From assembly GCA_045601985.1 (NCBI GenBank), contig JAZSAQ010000101.1, forward strand, positions 17,019 through 81,018: DNA of 64,000 nt, written 5' to 3'. The translations under genes and the position numbers were made by a program. The DNA is from Lawsonibacter sp. GTDB lineage: Bacteria; Bacillota; Clostridia; Oscillospirales; Oscillospiraceae. This document shows positions 11,197-20,532 of the stretch, piece after piece (the first letter of the stretch is position 1; each line of letters begins with the position of its first letter). Below the pieces are notes generated by a model. The model saw nothing but the letters and a program-made list of their open reading frames with translations. It made no database searches and had not been told where the DNA came from.

Positions 11197-11822
11197 TGTT
11201 TCACCGGAACCTCTTCGGGCTGGGCACCCAAAACCCCTTGAGCCAACTTCATCTCGTCCATGGCCGACAGTTTTTCAACAAGATCGGACATCGTGGCTGC
11301 GTCCACATCGTGGAACGCGTCTGTAATGTTCACAAGCGCAGCAGTGGCCGTTTCCAGCTTAGTGCTCACACTCTGCAACAAAACCCGCTCAGTGGCTAAA
11401 ATTTCTCTCTGGCGCCACTCGGTTTGTTCCGCAACGGCGACCACAAAGTCTTTGTACTGATCTCCCCAGATGCTCGCAATGGCGTCGCGCACATCCTGAA
11501 TCTCGTACAGGGCGACCAACTTATCGGTGGCCGTTTCTGGCTTAAAATTGGCAACGGTCGTTAGAATATAAACAGCCATAGCCGCGGACGCCTGAACAGC
11601 ATCGTAAGACTCGGTTCCGATTTCGTCGGCCGGCACGAAAGAGCTAGCAACAACACCGTCAACGGCAATGTGAAACTCGCTGACATCCAACCGAGACTTC
11701 ACATCAAATTCCAGTTTTTTGCCCTCTCCGAACTCCAGCGCGACGTGAACGACACCGCGGTCTTGAGACTTCAAAAATTCATCCAGCTTGGTGATAGAAA
11801 CACGATTTTCCTTTTTAGCCAT
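11193..11822 (-). CDS. Hypothetical protein (possible tail assembly chaperone)
   Basis: 209 aa, overlapping neighbours, position upstream of tape measure. Confidence 0.55.
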   Translation of the reverse strand: MAKKENRVSITKLDEFLKSQDRGVVHVALEFGEGKKLEFDVKSRLDVSEFHIAVDGVVASSFVPADEIGTESYDAVQASAAMAVYILTTVANFKPETATDKLVALYEIQDVRDAIASIWGDQYKDFVVAVAEQTEWRQREILATERVLLQSVSTKLETATAALVNITDAFHDVDAATMSDLVEKLSAMDEMKLAQGVLGAQPEEVPVKQ

Positions 11823-12270
11823 TCTTCTTGTCCTCCAAAACTTTAATCATAATTTCAGTGCGGGGATTTTCTTCATCGACGAAACACTCCAAGGTGATTT
11901 TGGAAACGTGGCGACTATCGTCGTCCACAAGCATTCCGCTCTCGCATAGTCCGTCGATAATAAATTTAGGACAACTATTGTCGGGGTCGTGCCGACGGTT
12001 GTTGCCGTAATAGGTGCGGAAGGACAGTTCGCATCGTTCAATGCGTAGGTTAGCGTAACCTTGCTGGCCAACAAACCAAACGATAAAGTCCTTCCATTTT
12101 TGTTTAAGCGCATTCATCATGGGTCTCTTCATAATCATCCACTGGTTGATCGACTCGTGATAAGGGTGCGCGATAGGTTTCTTTTTGGCTCGCGGATGCA
12201 AAGCAAAATAATGCTGCTCATACACAGCCAGCACATCCGACGTGAGCGTCAGGTTGATAGTCTGTTTCAT
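11815..12270 (-). CDS. RusA-like Holliday junction resolvase
   Basis: RRHDPDNSCPKFIIDGL...LVDDD motif matches RusA DxDN...K...D...DD pattern. Confidence 0.75.
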   Translation of the reverse strand: MKQTINLTLTSDVLAVYEQHYFALHPRAKKKPIAHPYHESINQWMIMKRPMMNALKQKWKDFIVWFVGQQGYANLRIERCELSFRTYYGNNRRHDPDNSCPKFIIDGLCESGMLVDDDSRHVSKITLECFVDEENPRTEIMIKVLEDKKNG

Positions 12271-12324
12271 ATATCCTCGATGCGAAAAGGGGAGGGGCAG
12301 TGCGTAGCACCACCCCTCCTCGCT

Positions 12325-12720
12325 TTACTTCTTCTTTTTGGAAGTTTTCTGCTTGTCCAGCTTCTCATTGACATGGTCCACCAATTCATCGAAACCCATG
12401 GCGGGATGCTCTTCGATTTCAGCGGCCAATTCCGTCTCCGTCATCTGGATGACCTCCTCGGTGGGAGTATCGAAAATCAAGGTCTTTACCTCATCTTGAG
12501 TCATGTCTGTGCGCTCGGGGAGCAGATTTACCGGCTCCTCCTTGCGCCGAGACTCGATGATTTGGGCCTGATACTCCATGTAACACTCCCAGCTGCAGGC
12601 CATAGCACGCCAGTTTTCACTGTGCGCACAATAATGGCAGGCGTAATAGTGTTTACGCCCGCCATCCTCGCCTTTGTTGCAGTTCCGATTCTTGCAGATC
12701 GTGTTAGGTTTCAGCGTCAA
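12325..12720 (-). CDS. Hypothetical Cys-rich (zinc-binding) protein
   Basis: CKNRNC, CHYC, CSWEC motifs; RBS upstream of TTG. Confidence 0.6.
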   Translation of the reverse strand: MTLKPNTICKNRNCNKGEDGGRKHYYACHYCAHSENWRAMACSWECYMEYQAQIIESRRKEEPVNLLPERTDMTQDEVKTLIFDTPTEEVIQMTETELAAEIEEHPAMGFDELVDHVNEKLDKQKTSKKKK

Positions 12721-12733
12721 TTAAGACACCCCC

Positions 12734-13531
12734 TTAGTCGGCGATCTCCTGCATGTTGTAGTCGTACAGCTTCCACAGAGTCTTGTTGGTGTCGCATACG
12801 GTGGACAGAGCTTCCACGGCGATATTCTGAACGGCGGCCTGATCGCCAAAGCTCAGGTCGATCTCGCCGGAGATCTTGGCTTTGTCCATCACGGCCTGCA
12901 GGGGAGTGTCAACCTGCGTGCACAGGTCGGTGAACCACGCATCAATGATGACCTTGCCGGCCATGGCGAACTTCTCAGCCTCGTTATCGATACGGGTGTA
13001 AGTCGTAAAGGTGGGGTAGTAGTCCACCACCACATCGTCGCCGGCCTTAAACACGCCGGTGGGCAGCTCAATCTGCTTGGTCTCGGGATCGTAGGTGAAC
13101 TCCGTAGCGGACGCAGCAGCACCTTGGACATACTCCTTGCCAGGCATGTTGTCCTTGCCGGTAGCATAGATGTAGCCGATCTCGTTGCCAGCAGCGCCGG
13201 TGGCCTTGTGGTCCAGGGTGATGGTGGTGCCATCGGCGGTCTTGTGCACCTCGCGGATCTTAATCTCGTTGCCGTTCGTCACAACAACAGGCTCAGAGCC
13301 CACCTGCATGGCCAGATAGCCGGTCTCCACGGTGCCGTTGGTGGCGTTAAAGCCAGCGACCTTGTTCAGGTCGAAAGCGGCCAGCTTGGCGCCGTCGGTG
13401 CCCTCGGCATACACGGTCTCCTGTGAGCCGGTGAACTGGGCGGTCTTCAGGTCGTTCAGGGTGACCTTGTGCATGTCGGTCGCCAGATCATAGATGCGCA
13501 TCATGCGAATCTTTTTCAGAGCGTACTTCAA
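12734..13531 (-). CDS. Major tail (tube) protein
   Basis: 265 aa, strongly biased codon usage, position between neck genes and tape measure. Confidence 0.7.
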   Translation of the reverse strand: MKYALKKIRMMRIYDLATDMHKVTLNDLKTAQFTGSQETVYAEGTDGAKLAAFDLNKVAGFNATNGTVETGYLAMQVGSEPVVVTNGNEIKIREVHKTADGTTITLDHKATGAAGNEIGYIYATGKDNMPGKEYVQGAAASATEFTYDPETKQIELPTGVFKAGDDVVVDYYPTFTTYTRIDNEAEKFAMAGKVIIDAWFTDLCTQVDTPLQAVMDKAKISGEIDLSFGDQAAVQNIAVEALSTVCDTNKTLWKLYDYNMQEIAD

Positions 13532-13568
13532 AGTCTTTTTCCTCCTTCATAAAATAAAAGCGCCGGGT

Positions 13569-14375
13569 TTACACCCAGCGCAAAGCGTCCTCAGACAAAT
13601 TATCGGTTTTTAACATACCAGTATAAATACCGTTGAACATGGATTGAACAACGACCTGCTTTTGCACGGCACGCGACACACTCAATAGTTGATAAATGTG
13701 CGCATTCATAAAGTTGTCGGGCGTGATTGTCCCGGCTCCTCCGGCGAACACAGTCGTTAAGGCGTCAGCCAGCGTCTCAGGGCGTTGGACGTCCTGTTTT
13801 TTACGCAGACGCCGCTTTTGCTCCGCACGGGTATCTTCAATCAAAATCTGTTTGGCGAATGGCGTAGCGGGCTTGATACGGTCCGAGTGATCGATGCAAT
13901 GCATCGCCTCAATGAACTCGGTCGCCACAACAAATATCTCTTTGTTGACAACCCACTGGGGGTCGTCTTTGGCGACTAAATAAGCCTCGCCGTTATACCT
14001 AACGATGTCAAACTCTTTTTGACCGAAGAAACAGGCCAGTGCCTGCTTGATAAACGATAGGGGAGAGAAGCCGTGAGTGTCGTAGACGTCTCGGTTTTTC
14101 ATGTACTCCTGCTTGGCATCATACCACCGGAGGACAAACACATCCCACGCCGTGACGGACTCGTAATCGATTTTTTGGTCGTCCAGATAAACCATGTAAT
14201 CATATGGGTCGGACAGTAAAGTAGACACGAAAGACCAGTATAGGTCTTCGCACATTTGCCCACCATCCAACGATAAAACATCTGATATGGTGGGGTGGCG
14301 GACGGTTACCGCCTGCGTTGCTTGCAGGTCGCTGCCGCTCGTCAAAAACAATTTCGAAATCAGCTTTGCTCCCAT
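13569..14375 (-). CDS. Hypothetical tail assembly protein
   Basis: 268 aa in the head-tail region, overlaps the upstream gene. Confidence 0.55.
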   Translation of the reverse strand: MGAKLISKLFLTSGSDLQATQAVTVRHPTISDVLSLDGGQMCEDLYWSFVSTLLSDPYDYMVYLDDQKIDYESVTAWDVFVLRWYDAKQEYMKNRDVYDTHGFSPLSFIKQALACFFGQKEFDIVRYNGEAYLVAKDDPQWVVNKEIFVVATEFIEAMHCIDHSDRIKPATPFAKQILIEDTRAEQKRRLRKKQDVQRPETLADALTTVFAGGAGTITPDNFMNAHIYQLLSVSRAVQKQVVVQSMFNGIYTGMLKTDNLSEDALRWV

Positions 14376-14854
14376 TGTCGAGCACCTTCACGTCTGCTGT
14401 TGATGTCGTCTGTCCGAAAGAACATTTCGCGATACGAATGCTTAGCGTCGAGGATGTGTTCTGTGCTCGACTCGAGTCGCACAGGGTCAATCCCAAGGTA
14501 CATCTGCTCATTGATCATAGAGTCGATAATGGCGCCCAACAAATCAATGCGGTCCATGCTCTCTCCTGGGATGCGCATCATGTCGTGATGTGCGTAAACA
14601 CGAATTTCTATGCGCACATTGCGGATGGTGTCGTTGCGAGGAGAAATGGATGGGACGTGCGCTTTGACTGTGATGTATGTACGAACCTCTTCCTCCGTCC
14701 CGGGAACGCGCCCAAAGGGAAAGATGTGCTTGTAAATGAGGTCGTCCTCGTATTCGCACTCGTCGTGCGGATCCAAAAGGCGCCGTACGTTTTCGTCTTG
14801 TATCAATTTACGGATAATGGTGTTTTTGAACTCACCTAATTCGTAACCATTCAT
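14360..14854 (-). CDS. Putative tail terminator / neck protein
   Basis: 164 aa, size and position typical; RIDLLGAIIDSMIN motif. Confidence 0.55.
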   Translation of the reverse strand: MNGYELGEFKNTIIRKLIQDENVRRLLDPHDECEYEDDLIYKHIFPFGRVPGTEEEVRTYITVKAHVPSISPRNDTIRNVRIEIRVYAHHDMMRIPGESMDRIDLLGAIIDSMINEQMYLGIDPVRLESSTEHILDAKHSYREMFFRTDDINSRREGARQWEQS

Positions 14855-15849
14855 AACAGCGGTGTCACCTCCACGGCTAGGGTTGCGACAGGCGTGCCAT
14901 GCGCGTCAGCGTAAGCGCGGAGAGTAACAATGTGCCCGATGGGAGCGCCCTCCAAAACATCCAACCTCAGAACGCCCTTGTCAACTTGATAGACAGCCAC
15001 ACCGTCTGCCGACTCGACACTCCACGAGACTGTCGCGGCGGACACACACTCTCCGTTCCGCACTAGCTTGTACCGACGGTATGTGCCTTGCCGAATTTGC
15101 GAAGCTCCGTCGATTTTCCAAGCTTCTGCGCTAAGGGAACCAAGAGGCTCGGAATTGGCGGCGGTACCCGCGATTACATAATCGGCGATCATCAGATCCG
15201 CATTGTCCGTCGCAGGATTATACTCGTGCTGACTTAGATTCCAAACCAAAAAGCCGCCGCCGGCGTCTTCATATCGGTTGGTGATCGTGTCTACCGAAAC
15301 CACCTCGTAAGCCTTGGGTTCATTGTCGATTTTCTCAAGCAAAAAACGCCGATTAAGCCCAACAAGAATGGTTTCTTCGTCCATGCCAATTTGGATTTTG
15401 TATTCGCGGTTTGAGTTGGCGACGACCTCTCCATCCTCAATGTTTGAAGTGTATGGCTTTGTAGCCAAACACCAACGCGACACAATTGCTCCGGTGTGTG
15501 GGTTCTGCCACTGGATTTGCCGGTTGCATCGAACCATCGTTCCGCTGCGGTTTAAGCTGTCACCAAAATTGATGTCTGTGACCAGCCAGTGCAACGTATT
15601 GAAGTAAATAATGTCTCCAATATTGAACGTTTCTCCAGGGCGTGCCCACAGCGAACATCCTTCATCGGTTGGTACAATAATGAAGCTCTGTCGAGCCCCA
15701 TTCCTCAACACGTTGTGTTCTACATTGATGGAGCTGTCGAATTCGTCGGCGAACATCCTGCGATATTCGGCAGCGCGCACATCGCGTTCTGACTGCATGC
15801 CGATAGACCCGTGAATCGCCTTAAAGTAACTCAGAGGCAAACCGTCCAT
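14851..15849 (-). CDS. Putative head closure protein with C-terminal Ig-like region
   Basis: 332 aa following the adaptor; GDIIYFN..HWLV, CN..I.W motifs; beta-rich C-terminus. Confidence 0.55.
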   Translation of the reverse strand: MDGLPLSYFKAIHGSIGMQSERDVRAAEYRRMFADEFDSSINVEHNVLRNGARQSFIIVPTDEGCSLWARPGETFNIGDIIYFNTLHWLVTDINFGDSLNRSGTMVRCNRQIQWQNPHTGAIVSRWCLATKPYTSNIEDGEVVANSNREYKIQIGMDEETILVGLNRRFLLEKIDNEPKAYEVVSVDTITNRYEDAGGGFLVWNLSQHEYNPATDNADLMIADYVIAGTAANSEPLGSLSAEAWKIDGASQIRQGTYRRYKLVRNGECVSAATVSWSVESADGVAVYQVDKGVLRLDVLEGAPIGHIVTLRAYADAHGTPVATLAVEVTPLL

Positions 15850-16346
15850 TATGCCTCCTCCTCGACGTAGGCAGCAAAGTCAATCGTCTTGAATGTGCCG
15901 GTCAGTCTATCTGTGTTGCGGTATTGGTCCAGCAACAAATTGTTGCGCGCGACCACCATGTCGTACAGTTCCTTAAAGGTAGAGCGAGCATTGCTCGGGT
16001 CAAACACTTTGAGGTCGGTGTGGGTGAAGTTGACATTATAAGTTTTTATTTTGGCGATATCTTTCGCCAAATAAAACTCATACATCAAAGAAGCCAGCAG
16101 ATAGATTTCTCTGCCGGTCAACTCTACCTCAAAGGAGTCGGTTGAGAAATCGGTGTTGGACAGGTCGATGTCCGGCATGCCATCCATCATAAAACGATCT
16201 ACGGCGTCTCTTAGGTAGTTTTTCGCCCGGTGCTCAGCCAGGCGCAGCGCCTCTTCGTCCGACAGTTCGAAGTACCGAAAAAAATCGCGATCTTCTTCGA
16301 TGCGGACGAAAAATCTGTTCAGTAGCACGTCAAATGAGGTTGCCAT
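15849..16346 (-). CDS. Putative head-tail adaptor
   Basis: 165 aa helical protein downstream of capsid genes. Confidence 0.55.
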   Translation of the reverse strand: MATSFDVLLNRFFVRIEEDRDFFRYFELSDEEALRLAEHRAKNYLRDAVDRFMMDGMPDIDLSNTDFSTDSFEVELTGREIYLLASLMYEFYLAKDIAKIKTYNVNFTHTDLKVFDPSNARSTFKELYDMVVARNNLLLDQYRNTDRLTGTFKTIDFAAYVEEEA

Positions 16347-16358
16347 AAAGCACCTCCT

Positions 16359-17042
16359 TTACCTCGTCTTGTTGCCGGATTTGTGAGTAGCCTTCTCGGG
16401 ATTGGGACGAGAGTGCTGGTTATTGGGTCTGCTAGGCGGCACGGAAGCGTTCTGCGCGCTATTCGCCTGCATAAACTGAGCCATCATTTTTTGCAACGAC
16501 TCAAGTTGCTCTTTCAGGGCGGCATAATCCTCCTCGCTGTGAGAGGCGGGAGTCTCTTCCTGTGCGACCAGCTTAATACTGGTTTTGCGCTGACCCTTCG
16601 ACATTTCAACGCGGCGTTGCTCAATCATGCGCTCGATTTTGCCGGGGATGTCGTAACCGGCGTTGCGCAAGCCAATCATGACGCCGCGAACACGTTCGAA
16701 ATAGGCGGGGTTGTCGATGTCCAAAATCTTCTGTGACGTCTCGATGTCGGGATGCGTTAACACCTCGGCGATCTGGTCATCGGTGAGAATATCTCGCCAG
16801 TTGGGGATAGACAGGGCTTCATATAGCTGTTCCTGCTTGGACGGCTCGAAACGGAGCAGTCCAATCTTAAACACTGGCGACTTGCTGTTGATAACAGCAA
16901 TCTCCTCAAAAGTCAGCGGCAGAGAGCCGGGGTCTTCGGGAGTGCCACCATTCACCAGAAAAGAGTCGTGGCGGGTGCTGATACACACCGGGCTGGCGCT
17001 GTAGTTGAGCACCAAATAATTGTTTGGTTTTGTGATACTCAT
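16359..17042 (-). CDS. Hypothetical head-region protein
   Basis: 227 aa ORF with AGGAGA RBS. Confidence 0.6.
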   Translation of the reverse strand: MSITKPNNYLVLNYSASPVCISTRHDSFLVNGGTPEDPGSLPLTFEEIAVINSKSPVFKIGLLRFEPSKQEQLYEALSIPNWRDILTDDQIAEVLTHPDIETSQKILDIDNPAYFERVRGVMIGLRNAGYDIPGKIERMIEQRRVEMSKGQRKTSIKLVAQEETPASHSEEDYAALKEQLESLQKMMAQFMQANSAQNASVPPSRPNNQHSRPNPEKATHKSGNKTR

Positions 17043-17051
17043 ATTATCTCC

Positions 17052-17234
17052 TTAAAATTTATCTCGCTCTTGTTGGTAGTAGCGATCCTTGTAGTCATTG
17101 AGCGCATCTGTACCTAAAAACAACCAGAACTTTGCGCCGCTTTTTTCATTGATGCCAACGCAGATATATCGGAAGCCGTTGGCCTCGAGAGCGCGCTTGA
17201 GCCGCGCAGAGTAACAAAAGAAAAAACGTTCCAT
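17052..17234 (-). CDS. Small DUF5659-like protein
   Basis: YSARLKRAL..NGFRYI...N..SG.KFWLF pattern. Confidence 0.55.
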   Translation of the reverse strand: MERFFFCYSARLKRALEANGFRYICVGINEKSGAKFWLFLGTDALNDYKDRYYQQERDKF

Positions 17235-17289
17235 GACAGCCCCTATAGGATGAGGGCGCCCGCTGATACACAGGCGCCCTCACACGCAA

Positions 17290-18279
17290 TTATCTTGCGA
17301 AAACGACCTTGCAGACGTTCTCCAGGGTGTTCTCGTCGAAGGCATAGCCGTAGGTGAAGTCGGCGATCTTCAGATCCACGGTCTCCTTGTTGTTGTTCAT
17401 GGTCTCGTAGGTGTGGACCTCGCCCTTCATGTCCAGGGTGCCGATCTTGCCGGCAATACCAAACAGGCGCTTGTCGGGGATCAGCAGGGAGCCGTTGGCC
17501 TGACGCTTGGCGGCGGAAACAGGATACAGGCCGCAACCGTCGTACATACCCAGGCGGCCGGTACGATGGATCTCGTTCAGCATCTCCTCGGAATTGAAGC
17601 CGTTCAGCTTGGAAGCGGCCTGAATGTACTTGGACAGACCCACAATGGTGCCGGCGCCGCGATCATTCAGATACAGAGCCAAAGCGTCCATGGTGGCCTG
17701 AGAGGGCATGTCGTTGGCCTCAGCGATGTAGTTGATGGCGCCGGAAGCGATGGCAGCGTCCACGACGTTGAAGATGTCGTAGAACATGGCATTCTCCAGG
17801 GCACGGGTGGCATAATCGGTCAGCAGGGCGATAGACTTCCAGCCGTTGCGGCGCATATCGGCATAGGAGATCTGGGTCTCGATCTGGCGGTTGCGGTAAG
17901 TAGGCTTCAGAGTAGTGAAGTCCAGATAGCTCTTCTCGACATTGCCGCCGTGAGCAGCTTCATGGGCAACCAGGGTATTCTTCACAGGGGAGACAACGGC
18001 CTCGTAGTCGTCGAACTCACCGATGGAGCCGCGCTCGAACATGGAGTCCAGCAGCTCATTGGGAGCGTCATAGAACTCCTCGTTCACAGTGCGGGTGATA
18101 AAAGCGGCAATCTCGTTGTCGGGGTCGTTGCCGGTCTCACCGATCTTGCGGGCCCACTCGTCCAGCTGAGCCACGACTTCCTTCTCGTTTTCGGACAGAG
18201 AGATGTTGCGCACAGTCTTGGCGGCAATCTCGTAAGAGCTGGTGTCCTTCATCAGCTCGGCGATCTCGTTATGAGTCAT
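17290..18279 (-). CDS. Major capsid protein
   Basis: 329 aa, high-expression codon bias, follows protease/scaffold and decoration gene, followed by a hairpin near 17250-17282. Confidence 0.8.
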   Translation of the reverse strand: MTHNEIAELMKDTSSYEIAAKTVRNISLSENEKEVVAQLDEWARKIGETGNDPDNEIAAFITRTVNEEFYDAPNELLDSMFERGSIGEFDDYEAVVSPVKNTLVAHEAAHGGNVEKSYLDFTTLKPTYRNRQIETQISYADMRRNGWKSIALLTDYATRALENAMFYDIFNVVDAAIASGAINYIAEANDMPSQATMDALALYLNDRGAGTIVGLSKYIQAASKLNGFNSEEMLNEIHRTGRLGMYDGCGLYPVSAAKRQANGSLLIPDKRLFGIAGKIGTLDMKGEVHTYETMNNNKETVDLKIADFTYGYAFDENTLENVCKVVFAR

Positions 18280-18329
18280 GATATATCCTCCTTTAGTTCT
18301 TGAAGCTTAAAGCTTGTATGTAGGGTTGA

Positions 18330-18800
18330 TTAAGCGTTAGCCACGGCGTCGCGCAGGACGGCGATCTTGGCCAGCTTGTGAGAACCGGCATCCATATAGA
18401 AGCCCTCAAAGCGATAGATGGAAGCATCGGTGGCGACAGCCCACTTGCCGTCGGTGCCAACATGCAGGGTCTTGCCGGCGTCGCCGTCGGCCAGGTCGTC
18501 AGCATACTCGGAGGTGGCGAACTTCTCGCCAAAACCATACTCGCACAGCTTCACGCGGTCGCCCTGAGCAACGGTGTTAAACTCAGTCTCGTAGTCGGAC
18601 AGCTGAGTACGGCCGGCGTTCACGCCGGTAGGGATGCGCTCCTTGGCGACAATAAAAATGTTGTCGGAGGTAGCCTCCTGGGGGATGGCGGCGGTGCCAT
18701 CAACGTTCTTCACGACGCCCATACCGGTCTTCAGATCGGAAGCAGCGACGTAAGTGGTCTCGGCGGCCTTACCGCCGTGGTTAATCAGTTCACGCAGCAT
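18330..18800 (-). CDS. Capsid decoration / cement protein
   Basis: 156 aa between scaffold and MCP, same codon bias. Confidence 0.6.
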   Translation of the reverse strand: MLRELINHGGKAAETTYVAASDLKTGMGVVKNVDGTAAIPQEATSDNIFIVAKERIPTGVNAGRTQLSDYETEFNTVAQGDRVKLCEYGFGEKFATSEYADDLADGDAGKTLHVGTDGKWAVATDASIYRFEGFYMDAGSHKLAKIAVLRDAVANA

Positions 18801-18824
18801 AGTGTTATCTCCTTTTCACACGTT

Positions 18825-20375
18825 TTAGTTTTTGCCCAGGAACACCCGCATAAAATCGCGGTTGTCGACCCTGGTGTTTTCACCCACAACAGTGCGGGTG
18901 TCTTCTACTTTCAGGGAAGCTTGTTCAACGACCTCAGCCTCGACTTCGGCAGTCTCCATCTTAGCCATAAACCGTTCGGCGATTTCGCTCTTGAGAGCGG
19001 CCTCGTCCATGCTGTCGATCATGGTGCGCAGAACCTCAGAAGTCTCCAATTCATCTTCGGTGAACAGCTTGGTGGCAACCACCTTGGCGCGGAAAGCTTC
19101 GCGCTTAGCAGCAGTCTCAGCCTCGATGCGAGCCTGCTCTGCGGCGTCGGCTGCCTCCTTATAGGGGCGCAGAGTAGCTACCTGAGCGGTCAGTTCAACG
19201 ATCTGCTCATTGGCCTTAACCAGAGAGTTATCTCTGGCGGCGATAGCTTCGTTGATTTCTGCGACAGAGACAGTCAGCGTCACGTTGATAGCGTCCGTAA
19301 TAGTGACGATATCGTTCTCAACGGTGTAGGTGACCTTGACGTACTCCAGTTCGTTCTCGCGGGTCTCGGGTTCAATCCACGCCTCATTGTCGGCGGGGAA
19401 CCAGAAAGCCACCCAGCCCCAGTTGTTGTACTGGGCGCGGTAGGCTTCATTGATGCGACCCCGCAAATCCCTCCAAGTCAGCTGAGACTGCTCCACTGAA
19501 TCAGTGCTTGTCTGCACCTCGACGCCGACAACCTCCTCTTCGACCTGCGTCTCGGCGGTCTGCGGGTCTTGCTCGTTGCCTTCAGCGGCGGATTCCGCAG
19601 TAGCCGTAACCTCCTCGGCGACGGGCTCAGCGGTCTGCACCTCCTCCACTACGGGAGTAGAGGTCTCAACGGCAACATTGTTCTCGTTATCCAAACTTTT
19701 GTCCTCCTCTCGCTGTGCTCTATTCACTCGGCACACGTCTTTGCTTAATGCAGCAGCCAGCTCCAGCTCGGGGTCAGCTTGTGCATACTCGTAAACACCG
19801 GCACCGGGGACAGCGCCAAGGACGCTTGAACCGAGCAGGGTGTTGCCGATAAAAGAAAAAGCCTTGAGAATGCGGCCTTTGAGGGTTTGCACTGCCTCTT
19901 GAACCGTTAATTCCCAAGACGATTTCACATTGTTCTCGGCCCACAACTTGTCCAGAACAGCAAAGTATTCGGGATAGCGAGTGGACCAAAGTTTTGCACG
20001 AATCATAATGCAAAACTTGTTTCCGGTGTAACCAGCAACGGGACGCTCTTCAATCCAGCTTTCCACAACACTTCCGATTGGGTGCGTGTCGAAGCGAACT
20101 TGAGAGTTGCCCTGCTCGTCCGTCACGATATACATCTCGTGGCCAGCGAAGTCGACTGGCTCTCCGGCGGCATTACAAACCATCTTTGCCAGGATGGGGA
20201 ACCCCACAATGGAAGAATGGTATAGCTCGCCAGACTCCTTGGGAATCATGCGACCATTCAGGTCGTACTCATCCAACACCGAAATTAAAAAAGTGGCCAT
20301 CTTATGGTCCTCAAATTCGGCGATCTCGATTGGACTTCCAGAAAGAATAAGCTTTTCAGTTTCCAACCTTCTCAC
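18825..20375 (-). CDS. Prohead protease / scaffold protein
   Basis: N-terminal protease-like domain (DLNGR, GHE, SSWE), acidic linker, coiled-coil C-terminus; true start may be TTG at 20366. Confidence 0.7.
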   Translation of the reverse strand: MRRLETEKLILSGSPIEIAEFEDHKMATFLISVLDEYDLNGRMIPKESGELYHSSIVGFPILAKMVCNAAGEPVDFAGHEMYIVTDEQGNSQVRFDTHPIGSVVESWIEERPVAGYTGNKFCIMIRAKLWSTRYPEYFAVLDKLWAENNVKSSWELTVQEAVQTLKGRILKAFSFIGNTLLGSSVLGAVPGAGVYEYAQADPELELAAALSKDVCRVNRAQREEDKSLDNENNVAVETSTPVVEEVQTAEPVAEEVTATAESAAEGNEQDPQTAETQVEEEVVGVEVQTSTDSVEQSQLTWRDLRGRINEAYRAQYNNWGWVAFWFPADNEAWIEPETRENELEYVKVTYTVENDIVTITDAINVTLTVSVAEINEAIAARDNSLVKANEQIVELTAQVATLRPYKEAADAAEQARIEAETAAKREAFRAKVVATKLFTEDELETSEVLRTMIDSMDEAALKSEIAERFMAKMETAEVEAEVVEQASLKVEDTRTVVGENTRVDNRDFMRVFLGKN

Positions 20376-20532
20376 CTCCTTTCAAGGCACCAAGCTCGAT
20401 GCCATGTTGGGCAGCAACAGTCGCCGCATCCTCAGAAGAAACGACTGCTCCCACCGAGACACCCTCGTCGAGGGTAATAACAATCCGACCGCCGCAGCAC
20501 GGACATTCATAGAATATCTGTTTCATAGGCAT
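20356..20532 (-). CDS. Small CxxC protein (58 aa)
   Basis: MPMKQIFYECPCCGGRIVI...; fills the gap between portal and protease with overlapping stop/start. Confidence 0.45.
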   Translation of the reverse strand: MPMKQIFYECPCCGGRIVITLDEGVSVGAVVSSEDAATVAAQHGIELGALKGGEKVGN